From: a bacterium
GTDB lineage: Bacteria; SAR324; NAC60-12
Direction: 5' to 3'
DNA length: 64,000 nucleotides
NCBI GenBank assembly: GCA_965209155.1
Contig: OZ242383.1
Span: 2,720,001 to 2,784,000 of the forward strand
Shown here: piece by piece, positions 30,607 through 40,677 of the stretch
Layout of the letters: each line of letters starts with the position of its first letter
Numbering within the stretch: the first letter of the stretch is position 1
Position numbers and translations under genes: made by a program
The notes under the pieces: model-generated
Told to the model about the DNA's origin: nothing
Database searches by the model: none
The model's input: the letters and a program-made list of their open reading frames with translations, nothing else

Positions 30607-31764
30607 ATGGACGGAATAGTAGAAACCAAATCATCGCTCAACAAATGGGTCGTGCGCATCACAGTCGCTTTGCTGGTCGCGGTGTGGGTGGCTCCGACGT
30701 TGGGTCTGTTCGTCTCTTCGTTACGAACCAGAGCCCAGGTCTTTTCTTCAGGATGGTGGTTAGCGCTCTTTCCATTTGAGGTAAACGAAATTCACCGGAC
30801 CGCCGATCCGGACGACTTTCGCGTGGCTGACGGCGACGTCTTTACGGTCTCGGGCAACCTGTTCGGCGAGGGGGCCTCGAAGAAGATTACCGTCTGGGGC
30901 ACCTCGTCGCGAGCGATTGATGCCTATGTTCCTGGCGACGTGGCCGACCTGGGAGACGGCGAAAGCATCACTGTTCAGGCCAACGGCGACTACGTCTGGC
31001 GCGGCAACGACGATCAGTTGAGCGGTCGCGGACAACGCGTATTCGTCACGACAAGAGGGCCACCCAAATTTACGCTCGAAAATTACCACTTTATGCTGTT
31101 CGACAAGAAGAACAGCCAAACGATGACGAAGGCCTTTCTCAACACGCTGATCATGGCAATTCCGTCGACAATTATCCCGATCGTAATGGCCGCATTTGCC
31201 GCCTACGCGCTTGCCTGGATGAAATTCCGAGGCAATGCATTGTTGATCGCGGCGGTCGTCGTGGGCCTGGCCTTTCCGCCCCATATTTCCTTGATCCCCA
31301 TACTGAAGCTGCATCTGGACATCGGTATCGGAAAGAGCTTTCTGGGCATGTGGCTCGCCCATTCCGCGTTCACACTGCCGTTCGCCCTCTTTCTTTTGCA
31401 CAACTACATGGCCGGCATACCGCGTGAAATTATCGAAAACGCCAAGCTCGACGGTGCGACTGATTTCCAGATTTTTATCAGGATCATTCTGCCGCTCAGC
31501 ATTCCGGCCCTCGCCTCGTGGTCGATCGTCCAGTTTCTGTGGACGTTTAACGATCTCCTGGGGCCCATGGTGTTTCTGCACGACAATACCGGTGACAACG
31601 AGGTCATGACACATAAACTTACCAAATTGCTTGGAATGTGGACAAGCAACTGGGAACTCATTGCGACGTCGACCTTCATTTCCATGGCGGTGCCGTTGGT
31701 GGTCTTCTTGACCATGCAACGATATTTCGCGCGTGGCCTGTTGGCCGGATCGATCAAAGGGTGA
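30607..31764 (+). CDS. Sugar ABC permease (AglG/MalG-like)
   Basis: ENAKLDGA, QFLWTFND and QRYFARGLLAGSIKG motifs. Confidence 0.9.
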   Translation: MDGIVETKSSLNKWVVRITVALLVAVWVAPTLGLFVSSLRTRAQVFSSGWWLALFPFEVNEIHRTADPDDFRVADGDVFTVSGNLFGEGASKKITVWGTSSRAIDAYVPGDVADLGDGESITVQANGDYVWRGNDDQLSGRGQRVFVTTRGPPKFTLENYHFMLFDKKNSQTMTKAFLNTLIMAIPSTIIPIVMAAFAAYALAWMKFRGNALLIAAVVVGLAFPPHISLIPILKLHLDIGIGKSFLGMWLAHSAFTLPFALFLLHNYMAGIPREIIENAKLDGATDFQIFIRIILPLSIPALASWSIVQFLWTFNDLLGPMVFLHDNTGDNEVMTHKLTKLLGMWTSNWELIATSTFISMAVPLVVFLTMQRYFARGLLAGSIKG

Positions 31765-31813
31765 AAAGAATTCTAAAAACACCGCTACCCCTTATATAAA
31801 CAGGGAGGGACCA

Positions 31814-32905
31814 ATGTCCGAAATGAAGCTGACCAATGTTGAAAAAATCTATGGAGGAGCGGTTAAGGTCCTCCAGGATATCAATCTTGATATCGAGCAG
31901 GGTGAACTGATTGTCTTACTTGGGCCATCGGGCTGTGGCAAGACGACCCTTTTACGCATGATCGCCGGGCTTGAGACCATCACGTCGGGCACGCTGGAGA
32001 TCGAAGGGCAGGTCGTCAACGATGTGCCACCGGCCCAGCGTGGTATCGCGATGGTGTTCCAGTCCTATGGCTTGTATCCGCACATGAACGTGCGCAAGAA
32101 CATGAGCTTTGCCCTCGAGCTTGCCAGGAAGTCGCGTCAGGTGATCAATTCCACCGTCACGCAGGCCGCGCGGATCCTCCAGATGGAACCCTATCTCGAA
32201 CGCCTGCCCAAGGCACTCTCCGGTGGTCAGCGTCAGCGGGTGGCCATCGGCCGCGCGATCGTACGTGACCCCAAGGTTTACCTGTTCGACGAGCCGCTCT
32301 CCAATCTGGATGCCGCCTTGCGGGTGGCCACCCGGATTGAGATCGCCCAGCTCAAGGAGTCGATGCCCGAGAGCACTATGATCTACGTGACCCACGACCA
32401 GGTGGAGGCCATGACCCTGGCGAGTCGCATCGTGTTGCTCACCCCCGGTGGGCGCATTGGTCAGGTCGGTAGACCGTTGGAACTGTATACCCGGCCCCAA
32501 AACGAGTTTGTCGCCCAGTTCATCGGCTCACCCGCCATGAACCTGCTTCCCGGCGAAGTTGTCGGCACGGGAGAGCAGACCACCATCAAACTCGAGACCG
32601 GTGGGGTTGCCGTCTCGGCTGCCCCGACGCGAAGCTCGGAGGAAGGCCTGAAGGTCAACGTTGGGGTTCGGCCGGAGGATTTGGTAGAAACCGACGGCGA
32701 TTATATTTTCGAGGGCAAGGTGAGCATCACCGAGGAATTGGGCGAGGTGACCCTGCTCCACTTTGACCGGGTGCAGGACAAAGATGCCATGCTCGCAAAG
32801 CTGCCGGGCATTCACACAGGTTTGCGCGGCAACACGGTCAAACTGACCGCCGAGCCTCCCAAGATTCACGTCTTCCACGAGGGCGTTTCTCTCTATTACC
32901 GCTAG
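31814..32905 (+). CDS. Sugar ABC ATP-binding protein (AglK/MalK-like)
   Basis: GPSGCGKT, LSGGQRQR, FDEPLSNLD and FIGSPAMN motifs; GGAGG RBS. Confidence 0.95.
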   Translation: MSEMKLTNVEKIYGGAVKVLQDINLDIEQGELIVLLGPSGCGKTTLLRMIAGLETITSGTLEIEGQVVNDVPPAQRGIAMVFQSYGLYPHMNVRKNMSFALELARKSRQVINSTVTQAARILQMEPYLERLPKALSGGQRQRVAIGRAIVRDPKVYLFDEPLSNLDAALRVATRIEIAQLKESMPESTMIYVTHDQVEAMTLASRIVLLTPGGRIGQVGRPLELYTRPQNEFVAQFIGSPAMNLLPGEVVGTGEQTTIKLETGGVAVSAAPTRSSEEGLKVNVGVRPEDLVETDGDYIFEGKVSITEELGEVTLLHFDRVQDKDAMLAKLPGIHTGLRGNTVKLTAEPPKIHVFHEGVSLYYR

Positions 32906-33716
32906 GATCTGAGGGGGACTAAGGGGGACAGACCCGTGCTCGATTGCAACATTCCCGATTCCTTTGAGATGGGGAAGTCCGAAGAGAAGAGAAGGTATGG
33001 AATCCAGGGTTCTATGGGATGTCGTTTCGTTCACGAGCACGAGCACGTCTCACGAGTACGATCACGAGGAGCCCCTTCCAGGGGCTAATTTAGGATCTAA
33101 GGGGGACTAAGGGCGACTAAGGGGGACAGACCCGTGCTCGTGCTCGTGAACGTGCTCGATTGCAACATTCCCGATTCCTTTGAGATGGGGAAGTCCGAAG
33201 AGAAGAGAAGGTATGGAATCCAGGGTTCTATGGGATGTCGTTTCGTTCACGAGCACGAGCACGTCTCACGAGTACGATCACGAGGAGCCCCTTCCAGGGG
33301 CTAATTTAGGATCTAAGGGGGACTAAGGGGGACAGACCCGTGCTCGTGCACGTGCTCGATTGCAACATTCCCGATTCCTTTGAGATGGGGAAGTCCGAAG
33401 AGAAGAGAAGGTATGGAATCCAGGGTTCTATGGGATGTCGTTTCGTTCACGAGCACGAGCACGTCTCACGAGTACGATCACGAGGAGCCCCTTCCAGGGG
33501 CTAATTTAGGATCTAAGGGGGACTAAGGGGGACAGACCCGTGCTCGTGCACGTGCTCGATTGCAACATTCCCGATCCCTTTGAGATGGGGAAGCCCGAAG
33601 AGAAGAGAAGGTATGGAATCCAGGGTTCTATGGGATGTCGTTTCGTTCACGAGCACGAGCACGTCTCACGAGTACGATCACGAGGAGCCCCTTCCAGGGG
33701 CTAATTTAGAATCTAA
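32903..33716. repeat. Non-coding tandem array of four 188-216-bp units
   Basis: Units start at 32903, 33091, 33307 and 33507; length varies by copy number of CGTGCT hexamers and a CTAAGGGGGA-like decamer. Confidence 0.95.
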
Positions 33717-33763
33717 AGAGAGCGGAAAGAAATAATGTAAACTTTTTTAAGGAAAGGAAATAA

Positions 33764-35323
33764 ATGGCTGTACAATTACCAACACCGCAACAAATACGAG
33801 AAGCCGCCGATGAAATGGGGCTGGATTTAACTGATGCGGATGTTGAATCTTATAGGGGTCTGTTTCAGGGACCTGTAAATGCTTACAATGTGGTTGATGC
33901 GATGCCTGATAATCTTCCGCTTGTGAAGTATCCACGAACACCTGGCTATCAACCCGGGGGTGAAGAAAATCAGTATAATGCCTGGTATGTGAAGACAGAA
34001 GTTAAAGGGGCTTCTCAAGGGAAACTTCAAGGAAAAACCGTTGTCTTGAAGGATAACGTCATGCTGGCTGGTGTTCCCATGATGAATGGATCTTCCATTT
34101 TGGAGGGGTATGTTCCTGACATAGATGCGACGGTTGTCACACGGCTTTTGGATGCAGGGGCTACGATTGTCGGAAAAGCTCACTGTGAAAATTTTTCCTC
34201 TGCTGGTGGCAGTCATACCAATGCAAAAGGACCGATACATAACCCCCATAAAATGGGATATTCGGCAGGCGGATCATCTTCTGGCAGTGCTGTCCTTGTT
34301 GCTGCAGGAGAGGTCGATCTCGCGATTGGTTGTGATCAAGGGGGATCCATTAGAATACCTGCGGCTTGCTGTGGAATATATGGAATGAAGCCTACCTATG
34401 GGCTTGTCCCTTATACAGGCATATTTACGGGTGAACCGACTGTAGATCATACGGGTCCTATGACAAATAATGTCGAGGACAACGCGTTAATGCTGGAAGT
34501 GATTGCTGGTGTGGATGGATATGATCCCAGGCAATCTAATGTGAAAACACAGCGCTATACGGAGGCTCTTAAGGGGAAAGACGGTTTAAAAGGCATGAAG
34601 ATTGCCGTGGTCAAAGAATGGTACATGCAGGAAGGCGATCTTCGTGCTGGTGATTTGGGGAATCTACGGCGGCATCATGATGAAGAGAAAGATGTTAATG
34701 AAAAATTCAAGGCAGCCGTTGCCGCCCTGAAGTCTTTGGGAGCAAAGGTAGACGAAGTCTCAATTCCTATGCATCTTGTTGGTCCGGCACTCATAGGGCC
34801 AATCATTGTTGAAGGACCAACACAAACGATGTGGGGCGATGGCTATGGAGTGGGCAGGACTGATCTCTATGTAACCAGCCTTATGGATTTTCTCAGGAAT
34901 TGGCAAAACCAGGCAAATGAATTGCCGGAAACCGTGAAGTTGATGCTTATGTTTGGCACCTACATACGAAAATATTACGGTTGTCGTTATTATGGAAAGG
35001 CAATCAATCTGAGTAGACCGCTGAGAGCTGCGTATGACAAGGTGCTTAATGATTATGATTTGCTGGCGATGCCGACTACGATCAAGGCTCAACCGCATCC
35101 AGCTCCTGATGCCAGTCGAGAGGAATATATACAAAAAGCTTACGATATGCACGCAAATACACAACCTTTTAATCTCACTCACCACCCGGCAATGGCCATT
35201 CCTTGTGGTATGTCAGAGGGCCTCCCGCTAAGTTTAATGCTTATTGGAAAGCATTTTGACGAATCCACCATTTACCGTGCTGCCCATGGGTTTCAGGAAG
35301 GAACGAATTGGAAGGAGATGTAA
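33764..35323 (+). CDS. Amidase (amidase-signature family)
   Basis: LKDN, GGSSSGS and DQGGSIR (Lys-cisSer-Ser triad). Confidence 0.95.
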   Translation: MAVQLPTPQQIREAADEMGLDLTDADVESYRGLFQGPVNAYNVVDAMPDNLPLVKYPRTPGYQPGGEENQYNAWYVKTEVKGASQGKLQGKTVVLKDNVMLAGVPMMNGSSILEGYVPDIDATVVTRLLDAGATIVGKAHCENFSSAGGSHTNAKGPIHNPHKMGYSAGGSSSGSAVLVAAGEVDLAIGCDQGGSIRIPAACCGIYGMKPTYGLVPYTGIFTGEPTVDHTGPMTNNVEDNALMLEVIAGVDGYDPRQSNVKTQRYTEALKGKDGLKGMKIAVVKEWYMQEGDLRAGDLGNLRRHHDEEKDVNEKFKAAVAALKSLGAKVDEVSIPMHLVGPALIGPIIVEGPTQTMWGDGYGVGRTDLYVTSLMDFLRNWQNQANELPETVKLMLMFGTYIRKYYGCRYYGKAINLSRPLRAAYDKVLNDYDLLAMPTTIKAQPHPAPDASREEYIQKAYDMHANTQPFNLTHHPAMAIPCGMSEGLPLSLMLIGKHFDESTIYRAAHGFQEGTNWKEM

Positions 35324-35324
35324 G

Positions 35325-36107
35325 ATGAGAACAGTAATCGTTACCGGCGCGCGAGGCGGCATCGGCGAAGCGACCGCCCGGAAATTCTTGGAACTCGGAG
35401 ACCGAGTCTATGGCACGGACCTGGCTTTTGATGAAACACCACCCGACTTCATCGAAGTCATCTGCGACGTGACCGATCCCGATGCGGTAAGTGGGCTGGT
35501 CGAACGAGCAGCGAGTGAAACCGGTCGGATTGATGTTTTAGTCAACAATGCCGGTATTCGAGTCGAGAAGGACGTCATTAACACCACCATGGAAGAATGG
35601 GATCGAATGATGGCGGTGAATCTGACCGCTGTCTTCCTCGGGTGCAAGTTCGCTCTTCCCCACATGCTGAAGCAGGCATCCGGCGCCATCGTCAATGTCG
35701 CCTCCGTGGCCGGGTTGAACCCTATGCCGAACCGCGCCGCCTACTGCGCTAACAAAGCCGGTGTGATCGGGCTTACCAGGCAAATGGCGCTGCAATACGC
35801 CCGCCAAGGCGTTCGGGTGAATGCGGTCTGTCCGGGTGCCACGATGACGCCCTTTTCCCGCGACGCAAATGCAAAAACTGGCGACCCGGCAGCGGCGGAG
35901 GCTGCTTTCTCGGAGCGCTTGCCGATAGGGCGGTGGGCTGAGCCGGAGGAGCAAGCCAACGCGATCGTCTATCTCGCCTCCGACGAGGCATCCTTTATCA
36001 CCGGGTCGATTCTCGATGTCGATGGCGGTAACAACCTGGTCACCGCACATGTGGCGCCACATGTGCGGTACCTGGTCACCGCACATGTGGCGCCAGGGAG
36101 TTATTGA
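35325..36107 (+). CDS. Classical SDR
   Basis: TGARGGIG, NNAG and YCANK motifs. Confidence 0.92.
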   Translation: MRTVIVTGARGGIGEATARKFLELGDRVYGTDLAFDETPPDFIEVICDVTDPDAVSGLVERAASETGRIDVLVNNAGIRVEKDVINTTMEEWDRMMAVNLTAVFLGCKFALPHMLKQASGAIVNVASVAGLNPMPNRAAYCANKAGVIGLTRQMALQYARQGVRVNAVCPGATMTPFSRDANAKTGDPAAAEAAFSERLPIGRWAEPEEQANAIVYLASDEASFITGSILDVDGGNNLVTAHVAPHVRYLVTAHVAPGSY

Positions 36108-36169
36108 AGCGATACTTCAGGTAATATTGTCAGCGGTGGGCTTTCACTTTAAGAGAAAGGGAATACGAC

Positions 36170-37057
36170 ATGAATTCGAATCATAAACCGGTCGCCGTCG
36201 TGGTGGGAGCGACTTCCAAGTGGCAGGCAGATGGCCGGAATACCAAGTTGGCCCATGGCAGGGAGATCGACGGTAGTGATCTACCGGTGAGTGTTCGCTG
36301 GGGTGTGGGTGGTGCGATAGCCCAAAAATTCGCCCAAGAAGGGTTCTTTGTGGTCCTGACAACTCGTCGCACCACAAACGCTTCAATGCTTGACAAGGCG
36401 ATCCAAGAACAGGGCGGGGAAAGCATGATCGTCGAACTGGATTTGACCTCGAGTGAATCGATCGCGAACGCCTTCGCCAAAATCCGAGAACAGGTTGGAG
36501 ATCCGGAGGTTTTGGTATACAACGCGGGCTATCTGGAGGGTCGTGACCTTCCCCCTGAAAAAGAACTGCTTGAACACCTCCCTCTTGAAATGTTTGAAAC
36601 CGCGCAGCATATCTGCAGTCGTGGGCCGTTCTTAGTGGCCAAAGAGGTCCTGCCTGCCATGCGAAAGCGAGGGAAAGGGTCCTTCTTGATTTCAAATAAT
36701 ATCGCCTCGTTACGTGGGCGAAAGCGAAATACCGGGGAGTCGCTCTATTATCCGAGGGTGATGATGCGAACTCTTGCTCAGGTGCTCACAGAGGAGTATT
36801 CCGAGTTTGGCGTTCACATTGCCAACGTTGTCATCGATGGCACCATTGACTCTCCCGGAACGAGGGCTTTGACAACGCAACCAAACCCTGATCTCGTGTC
36901 ACCCCAGCGCAGTGGGGGACCATACCCCCTGCGGAGCGACGCCCTGATGAATCCTGTCAAGATAGCTGAAGCTTTTTACTATCTCCATACCCAAGATAAA
37001 TCGACTTGGACTCACGAGCTTCAGCTGACACCCTTCCTTATCAAACCAGGCTTTTAA
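36170..37057 (+). CDS. Atypical SDR-family oxidoreductase
   Basis: WGVGGAIA Gly motif with an insertion; YNAG, VIDG.ID and WTHELQL motifs; no canonical YxxxK (YYPR). Confidence 0.8.
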   Translation: MNSNHKPVAVVVGATSKWQADGRNTKLAHGREIDGSDLPVSVRWGVGGAIAQKFAQEGFFVVLTTRRTTNASMLDKAIQEQGGESMIVELDLTSSESIANAFAKIREQVGDPEVLVYNAGYLEGRDLPPEKELLEHLPLEMFETAQHICSRGPFLVAKEVLPAMRKRGKGSFLISNNIASLRGRKRNTGESLYYPRVMMRTLAQVLTEEYSEFGVHIANVVIDGTIDSPGTRALTTQPNPDLVSPQRSGGPYPLRSDALMNPVKIAEAFYYLHTQDKSTWTHELQLTPFLIKPGF

Positions 37058-37079
37058 ACAATGAAAATGAGGACATTCG

Positions 37080-37931
37080 ATGCAACAAGATAAGATTGAA
37101 AAAGTATCCGATGCGCTAGCCGCAGCATGGCGAGACGGCGGCAGCGTGAATATTTCAGAAGACCTTTGGCCGACGGATCTCGAAGAATCCCTCGCGATAC
37201 AGGCTGCGTTCGATGCCAAAATAAACGAAGAGATTGCTGGCTGGAAAATTGCAATGACCGACAAGCTTAGCCAGCGCGCCCAAGGTCTTGATCATCCAGC
37301 CTTCTTTGGGCGCTACTATAAAAGTGTTACACAGAAAAGCCCCGGCCATTTTCGCATGTCGGATTTTCGCAATCACCCTATTCCTGTAGAGGCGGAGTTT
37401 GCCCTTCGCCTGGGTCAAGACCTACCCACCAAAGAAGAATCATACGACATAGAAGAAATTCACGATGCCGTCGAAGCGGTTGTCATGGCGATCGATGTGC
37501 TGGATACACGATGGTATTGGGATTCATCGGACTGGCCTGAACCCGGCTGTTTAGACATTTTCAAAGGCTGCGCTGATCTTGCCAACGCGGGCGCATTCGT
37601 TATCGGCGATGAAATCCCCGGTTGGCGTGATCTCGATCTCGCGAACCTCCCTACTGCAATATACCTTGATGGTAAATTTGCATCCCGCGGGGGGCTGAGC
37701 GCACCTTCGGAACCGTTTCCGCGTGATCGACGATTGGATTTTTCAGAAATGGTGGCCGGTTTGTACTGGGTAGCCAATACCTTATCTCAGCGTGGATTTG
37801 GCATGCGAAATGGCCAGACCATTACAACCGGTTCTGCAGCGCAGATTCTTGCAGAGCCCGGAGCGGAGGCAACTATGCGATACGGAGAAGATGGAGAGTT
37901 TGGCGAAATCCAAATTTTAATTCATGCGTGA
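37080..37931 (+). CDS. FAH-superfamily 2-keto-4-pentenoate hydratase-like protein
   Basis: GWKIA, EAEF, G..ITTGS motifs. Confidence 0.8.
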   Translation: MQQDKIEKVSDALAAAWRDGGSVNISEDLWPTDLEESLAIQAAFDAKINEEIAGWKIAMTDKLSQRAQGLDHPAFFGRYYKSVTQKSPGHFRMSDFRNHPIPVEAEFALRLGQDLPTKEESYDIEEIHDAVEAVVMAIDVLDTRWYWDSSDWPEPGCLDIFKGCADLANAGAFVIGDEIPGWRDLDLANLPTAIYLDGKFASRGGLSAPSEPFPRDRRLDFSEMVAGLYWVANTLSQRGFGMRNGQTITTGSAAQILAEPGAEATMRYGEDGEFGEIQILIHA

Positions 37932-38000
37932 CGCTTCTGGCGAGCGAAGTTGAGGGTATCCTCAATTCGGGCCGGACGCAGAGAATAGGAGGAAAGAAAA

Positions 38001-38921
38001 ATGAGCCTACCCACTTGGACCCGCGACGCCGGGACAATGAAACGAGATATCGACGAGCACGGATATTGTCTCGTCGAAGACGCACTGACACCAGCACAGC
38101 TTGCCGAAGCGCGCGAGCGCCTCAGCGAGCAGGCCGAGGCCGAGCGTAAGGCTGGCGTCGCCTTCATGCGTAACGGCAAGATCGGTCCGGAACACGGATC
38201 TGGTAACAACCAGAATGTGAGCTTTCTTGGGAACAAGGGCCGCATCTTTCGCGAGATGGCTTCGCGGCCGGACATTCTGGACATTGTGCGCCACGTGCTC
38301 GGCGAGGAAATCCGTATCCACAACCTCTTGGGGCTCATCGTGCGCATTGGCGGCCAGGAGATGGGGCTGCACACGGATCAATGGTTCGTTCCATCGGCCA
38401 GCCGCTATGACGACCCGCCGATGCGGTCTGGGTCGATCACCCGCGCGAGTCCTGGGCAGCCTGATACACCAGGGCCGACGCTGATGCCGTGCATCGTATG
38501 CAACGTCTTTTGGATGCTGGACGATTTCACCACCGAAAACGGTGCGACCTGCATCGTGCCCGGCAGCCACAAGAGCGGACGCCGACCGAACAAGGACGAT
38601 CGCGCGGACCAGATGCAGGTGATAGGCCCGGCCGGTAACTGCTTCATCTTCGACGGCCGGCTCTTTCATGGCGCCGGACCCCACCTCTCGCAGGATCCAA
38701 CTGTCGAGCGCAAGGCCCTCACCTTTGCTTATATACCGCCCATGTTCAAGCCCCACGAGAACTATACGCTGGCGTTGCGTCCGGAGGTGTATGAGGAAGC
38801 CTCCCAAGAGCTTCTCGATCTGATGGGCTTCAAGGTCTGGTTCAACAATGGCCACCTGGGCGATCACAATGCGGAGCGTATCACGCGCGACATACCGATC
38901 ATCGGGGAACTGAAGCCATGA
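38001..38921 (+). CDS. PhyH-family dioxygenase (close paralog of 20767-21702)
   Basis: LHTD, VPGSH and LFHG motifs; long identical stretches with 20767-21702. Confidence 0.9.
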   Translation: MSLPTWTRDAGTMKRDIDEHGYCLVEDALTPAQLAEARERLSEQAEAERKAGVAFMRNGKIGPEHGSGNNQNVSFLGNKGRIFREMASRPDILDIVRHVLGEEIRIHNLLGLIVRIGGQEMGLHTDQWFVPSASRYDDPPMRSGSITRASPGQPDTPGPTLMPCIVCNVFWMLDDFTTENGATCIVPGSHKSGRRPNKDDRADQMQVIGPAGNCFIFDGRLFHGAGPHLSQDPTVERKALTFAYIPPMFKPHENYTLALRPEVYEEASQELLDLMGFKVWFNNGHLGDHNAERITRDIPIIGELKP

Positions 38922-38949
38922 GCGGAGCTTCATAATCAGGAGACAGCCA

Positions 38950-39855
38950 ATGAAAGTAGGATTCATAGGACTCGGCGCCATGGGCAAGCCGATCGCCATC
39001 AATATCGCAAAAGCAGGCTTCGAACTCACCGTTAAATCCCGGCGTGAGCATTCGCTTCAGGAACTCCGCCAGCATGGCGCCCGGGTTGCACGCAGCCACC
39101 GCGAGGTCGCCGAATCCGCGGACATCGTGTTAGCTTGTCTGTCGTCTATTGAAGCCAGTGAGCAAGTGGCATTGGGTCCCGATGGCGTCTTGGCCGGTGC
39201 AAAGAATGGCGACATTTACATCGAGCTGAGCACCATTAGTCCGGAGGTGGTTCATACCATTGCCGGGCGGGCGGCGGAAAAAGGCGTAACCGTGCTGGAC
39301 GCCCCGGTGAGCCGCCACAGCGCAGACAGCCGAGAGCAGGGGACACTATCGGTTATGGTTGGCGGCAACGCAAAGGCCCTGGCCCAGGCAATGCCGGTGT
39401 TCAAAGCGTTCGGAGACAAAATCTTTCACGTCGGTGATAGCGGTGCGGGCGTGACGGTCAAGCTGGTCAATAACCTGCTTGTCGGAATCAATATGGTCGC
39501 CACCATGGAAGCCCTGGTGCTGGGCGTCAAGGGCGGCCTGAGCGTGCAGACATTGAAAGAGGTGATCAGCGCGAGCAGCGGTAGCAGTAAGATTTTTGAA
39601 GGGATGGTCGATCTCATCGCCACACGCAGTCCCGAACCGCCGCCCGGGCAGACTGCCGACCAGGGGCTGCATATCATCAGCAAAGATGTCAAGCTGGCCG
39701 CTGAGTTGGCCCAGAACCTGTCTGTGCCCTTATCGCTTGGCTCGTCGGCTCTACAGCCGTTTCTCGCCGGCTTAGCCAATGGATGGGCGGACAAAGAAAA
39801 CTGGGTCCTTATGGAAATCTTCGAGCAAATGAGTGGAGTCAGAGTGCGTCCATAG
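38950..39855 (+). CDS. Beta-hydroxyacid dehydrogenase (3-hydroxyisobutyrate DH family)
   Basis: GFIGLGAMG, LDAPVS, KLVNN and KDV motifs. Confidence 0.9.
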   Translation: MKVGFIGLGAMGKPIAINIAKAGFELTVKSRREHSLQELRQHGARVARSHREVAESADIVLACLSSIEASEQVALGPDGVLAGAKNGDIYIELSTISPEVVHTIAGRAAEKGVTVLDAPVSRHSADSREQGTLSVMVGGNAKALAQAMPVFKAFGDKIFHVGDSGAGVTVKLVNNLLVGINMVATMEALVLGVKGGLSVQTLKEVISASSGSSKIFEGMVDLIATRSPEPPPGQTADQGLHIISKDVKLAAELAQNLSVPLSLGSSALQPFLAGLANGWADKENWVLMEIFEQMSGVRVRP

Positions 39856-39901
39856 CGATCAGCGCGTGGCTAACATTTATCTATATTGAGAGGTAACGCT
39901 T

Positions 39902-40654
39902 ATGACACCGAATCAAATTGCTCAAGCCGCTGAAATATTAGCAAAAGCGCACCTGGAACATAAGAAGATTGAACGCCTTTCTGGAGAACTTCGTCCCCAA
40001 GACCGAAAAACGGCAGTCGCCATCCAGGACGAGTTGGCGAGACTCATTGGGCAGAAGGTGGTTGGATGGAAAGTAGGCGGTGAACTTGTGGGGCGTGTTT
40101 TTCAATCAAATCTGCTTAAAAGTCCTGCAGCGCTGCCTGAGAAAGTCTACGGTCAAGCATTGGTTGAGGCCGAGTTAGGTTTCAGGATGCTTTCTGATCT
40201 TCCCGCTCGATCTGCGGTTTATGATTCCGATGAAGTCGCAGACCATGTCGTGCTCGTGTCGGCATTCGATCTAGGGGGTTCTCGTTTTTCGGGTGAAAAG
40301 ATTGATCTGCAGATTGAAACCGATTTTCTTCTAGCGTATGCAGACAATGCCTCACAGCTTGGGGTCGTCGTCGGCGACGATATTAAGGACTGGCGGGATA
40401 GGGCTCTGCTTGATATGAAAATTGAACTAACGATTGACGGAGGCTCTCCCGTTCCAGGTTTGCCTGAGGAGATGCGACGTGAGCCTTTGGATGTTTTAGT
40501 TTTGCTAGCCAATGATCTTTCTCAGAGAGGGATTGGTTTGGAAGCCGGTCAAGTGGTGGTCTGCGGAGCGGCGGCAATGGCGCCCATGGGTAAAAAAGCG
40601 ATTGCGACGTTCGGGGAACTTTCGCGCATTGAAGCAAGGATAACCAGCTCGTAA
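39902..40654 (+). CDS. FAH-superfamily hydratase/decarboxylase-like protein
   Basis: GWKVG, EAEL, ADNAS and GLEAGQVV motifs. Confidence 0.8.
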   Translation: MTPNQIAQAAEILAKAHLEHKKIERLSGELRPQDRKTAVAIQDELARLIGQKVVGWKVGGELVGRVFQSNLLKSPAALPEKVYGQALVEAELGFRMLSDLPARSAVYDSDEVADHVVLVSAFDLGGSRFSGEKIDLQIETDFLLAYADNASQLGVVVGDDIKDWRDRALLDMKIELTIDGGSPVPGLPEEMRREPLDVLVLLANDLSQRGIGLEAGQVVVCGAAAMAPMGKKAIATFGELSRIEARITSS

Positions 40655-40677
40655 CCAATTTTATCAGGGAGCATCCT

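Noticed and set aside
30760..31782. 340-aa antisense ORF
   Set aside because: Shadow of the sugar permease in GC-rich coding DNA.
32903..33716. Possible CRISPR array
   Set aside because: Units are about 200 bp and near-identical throughout; there are no unique spacers and no cas genes.
38007..39029. 340-aa antisense ORF
   Set aside because: Shadow of the PhyH and dehydrogenase genes; no recognisable motifs.
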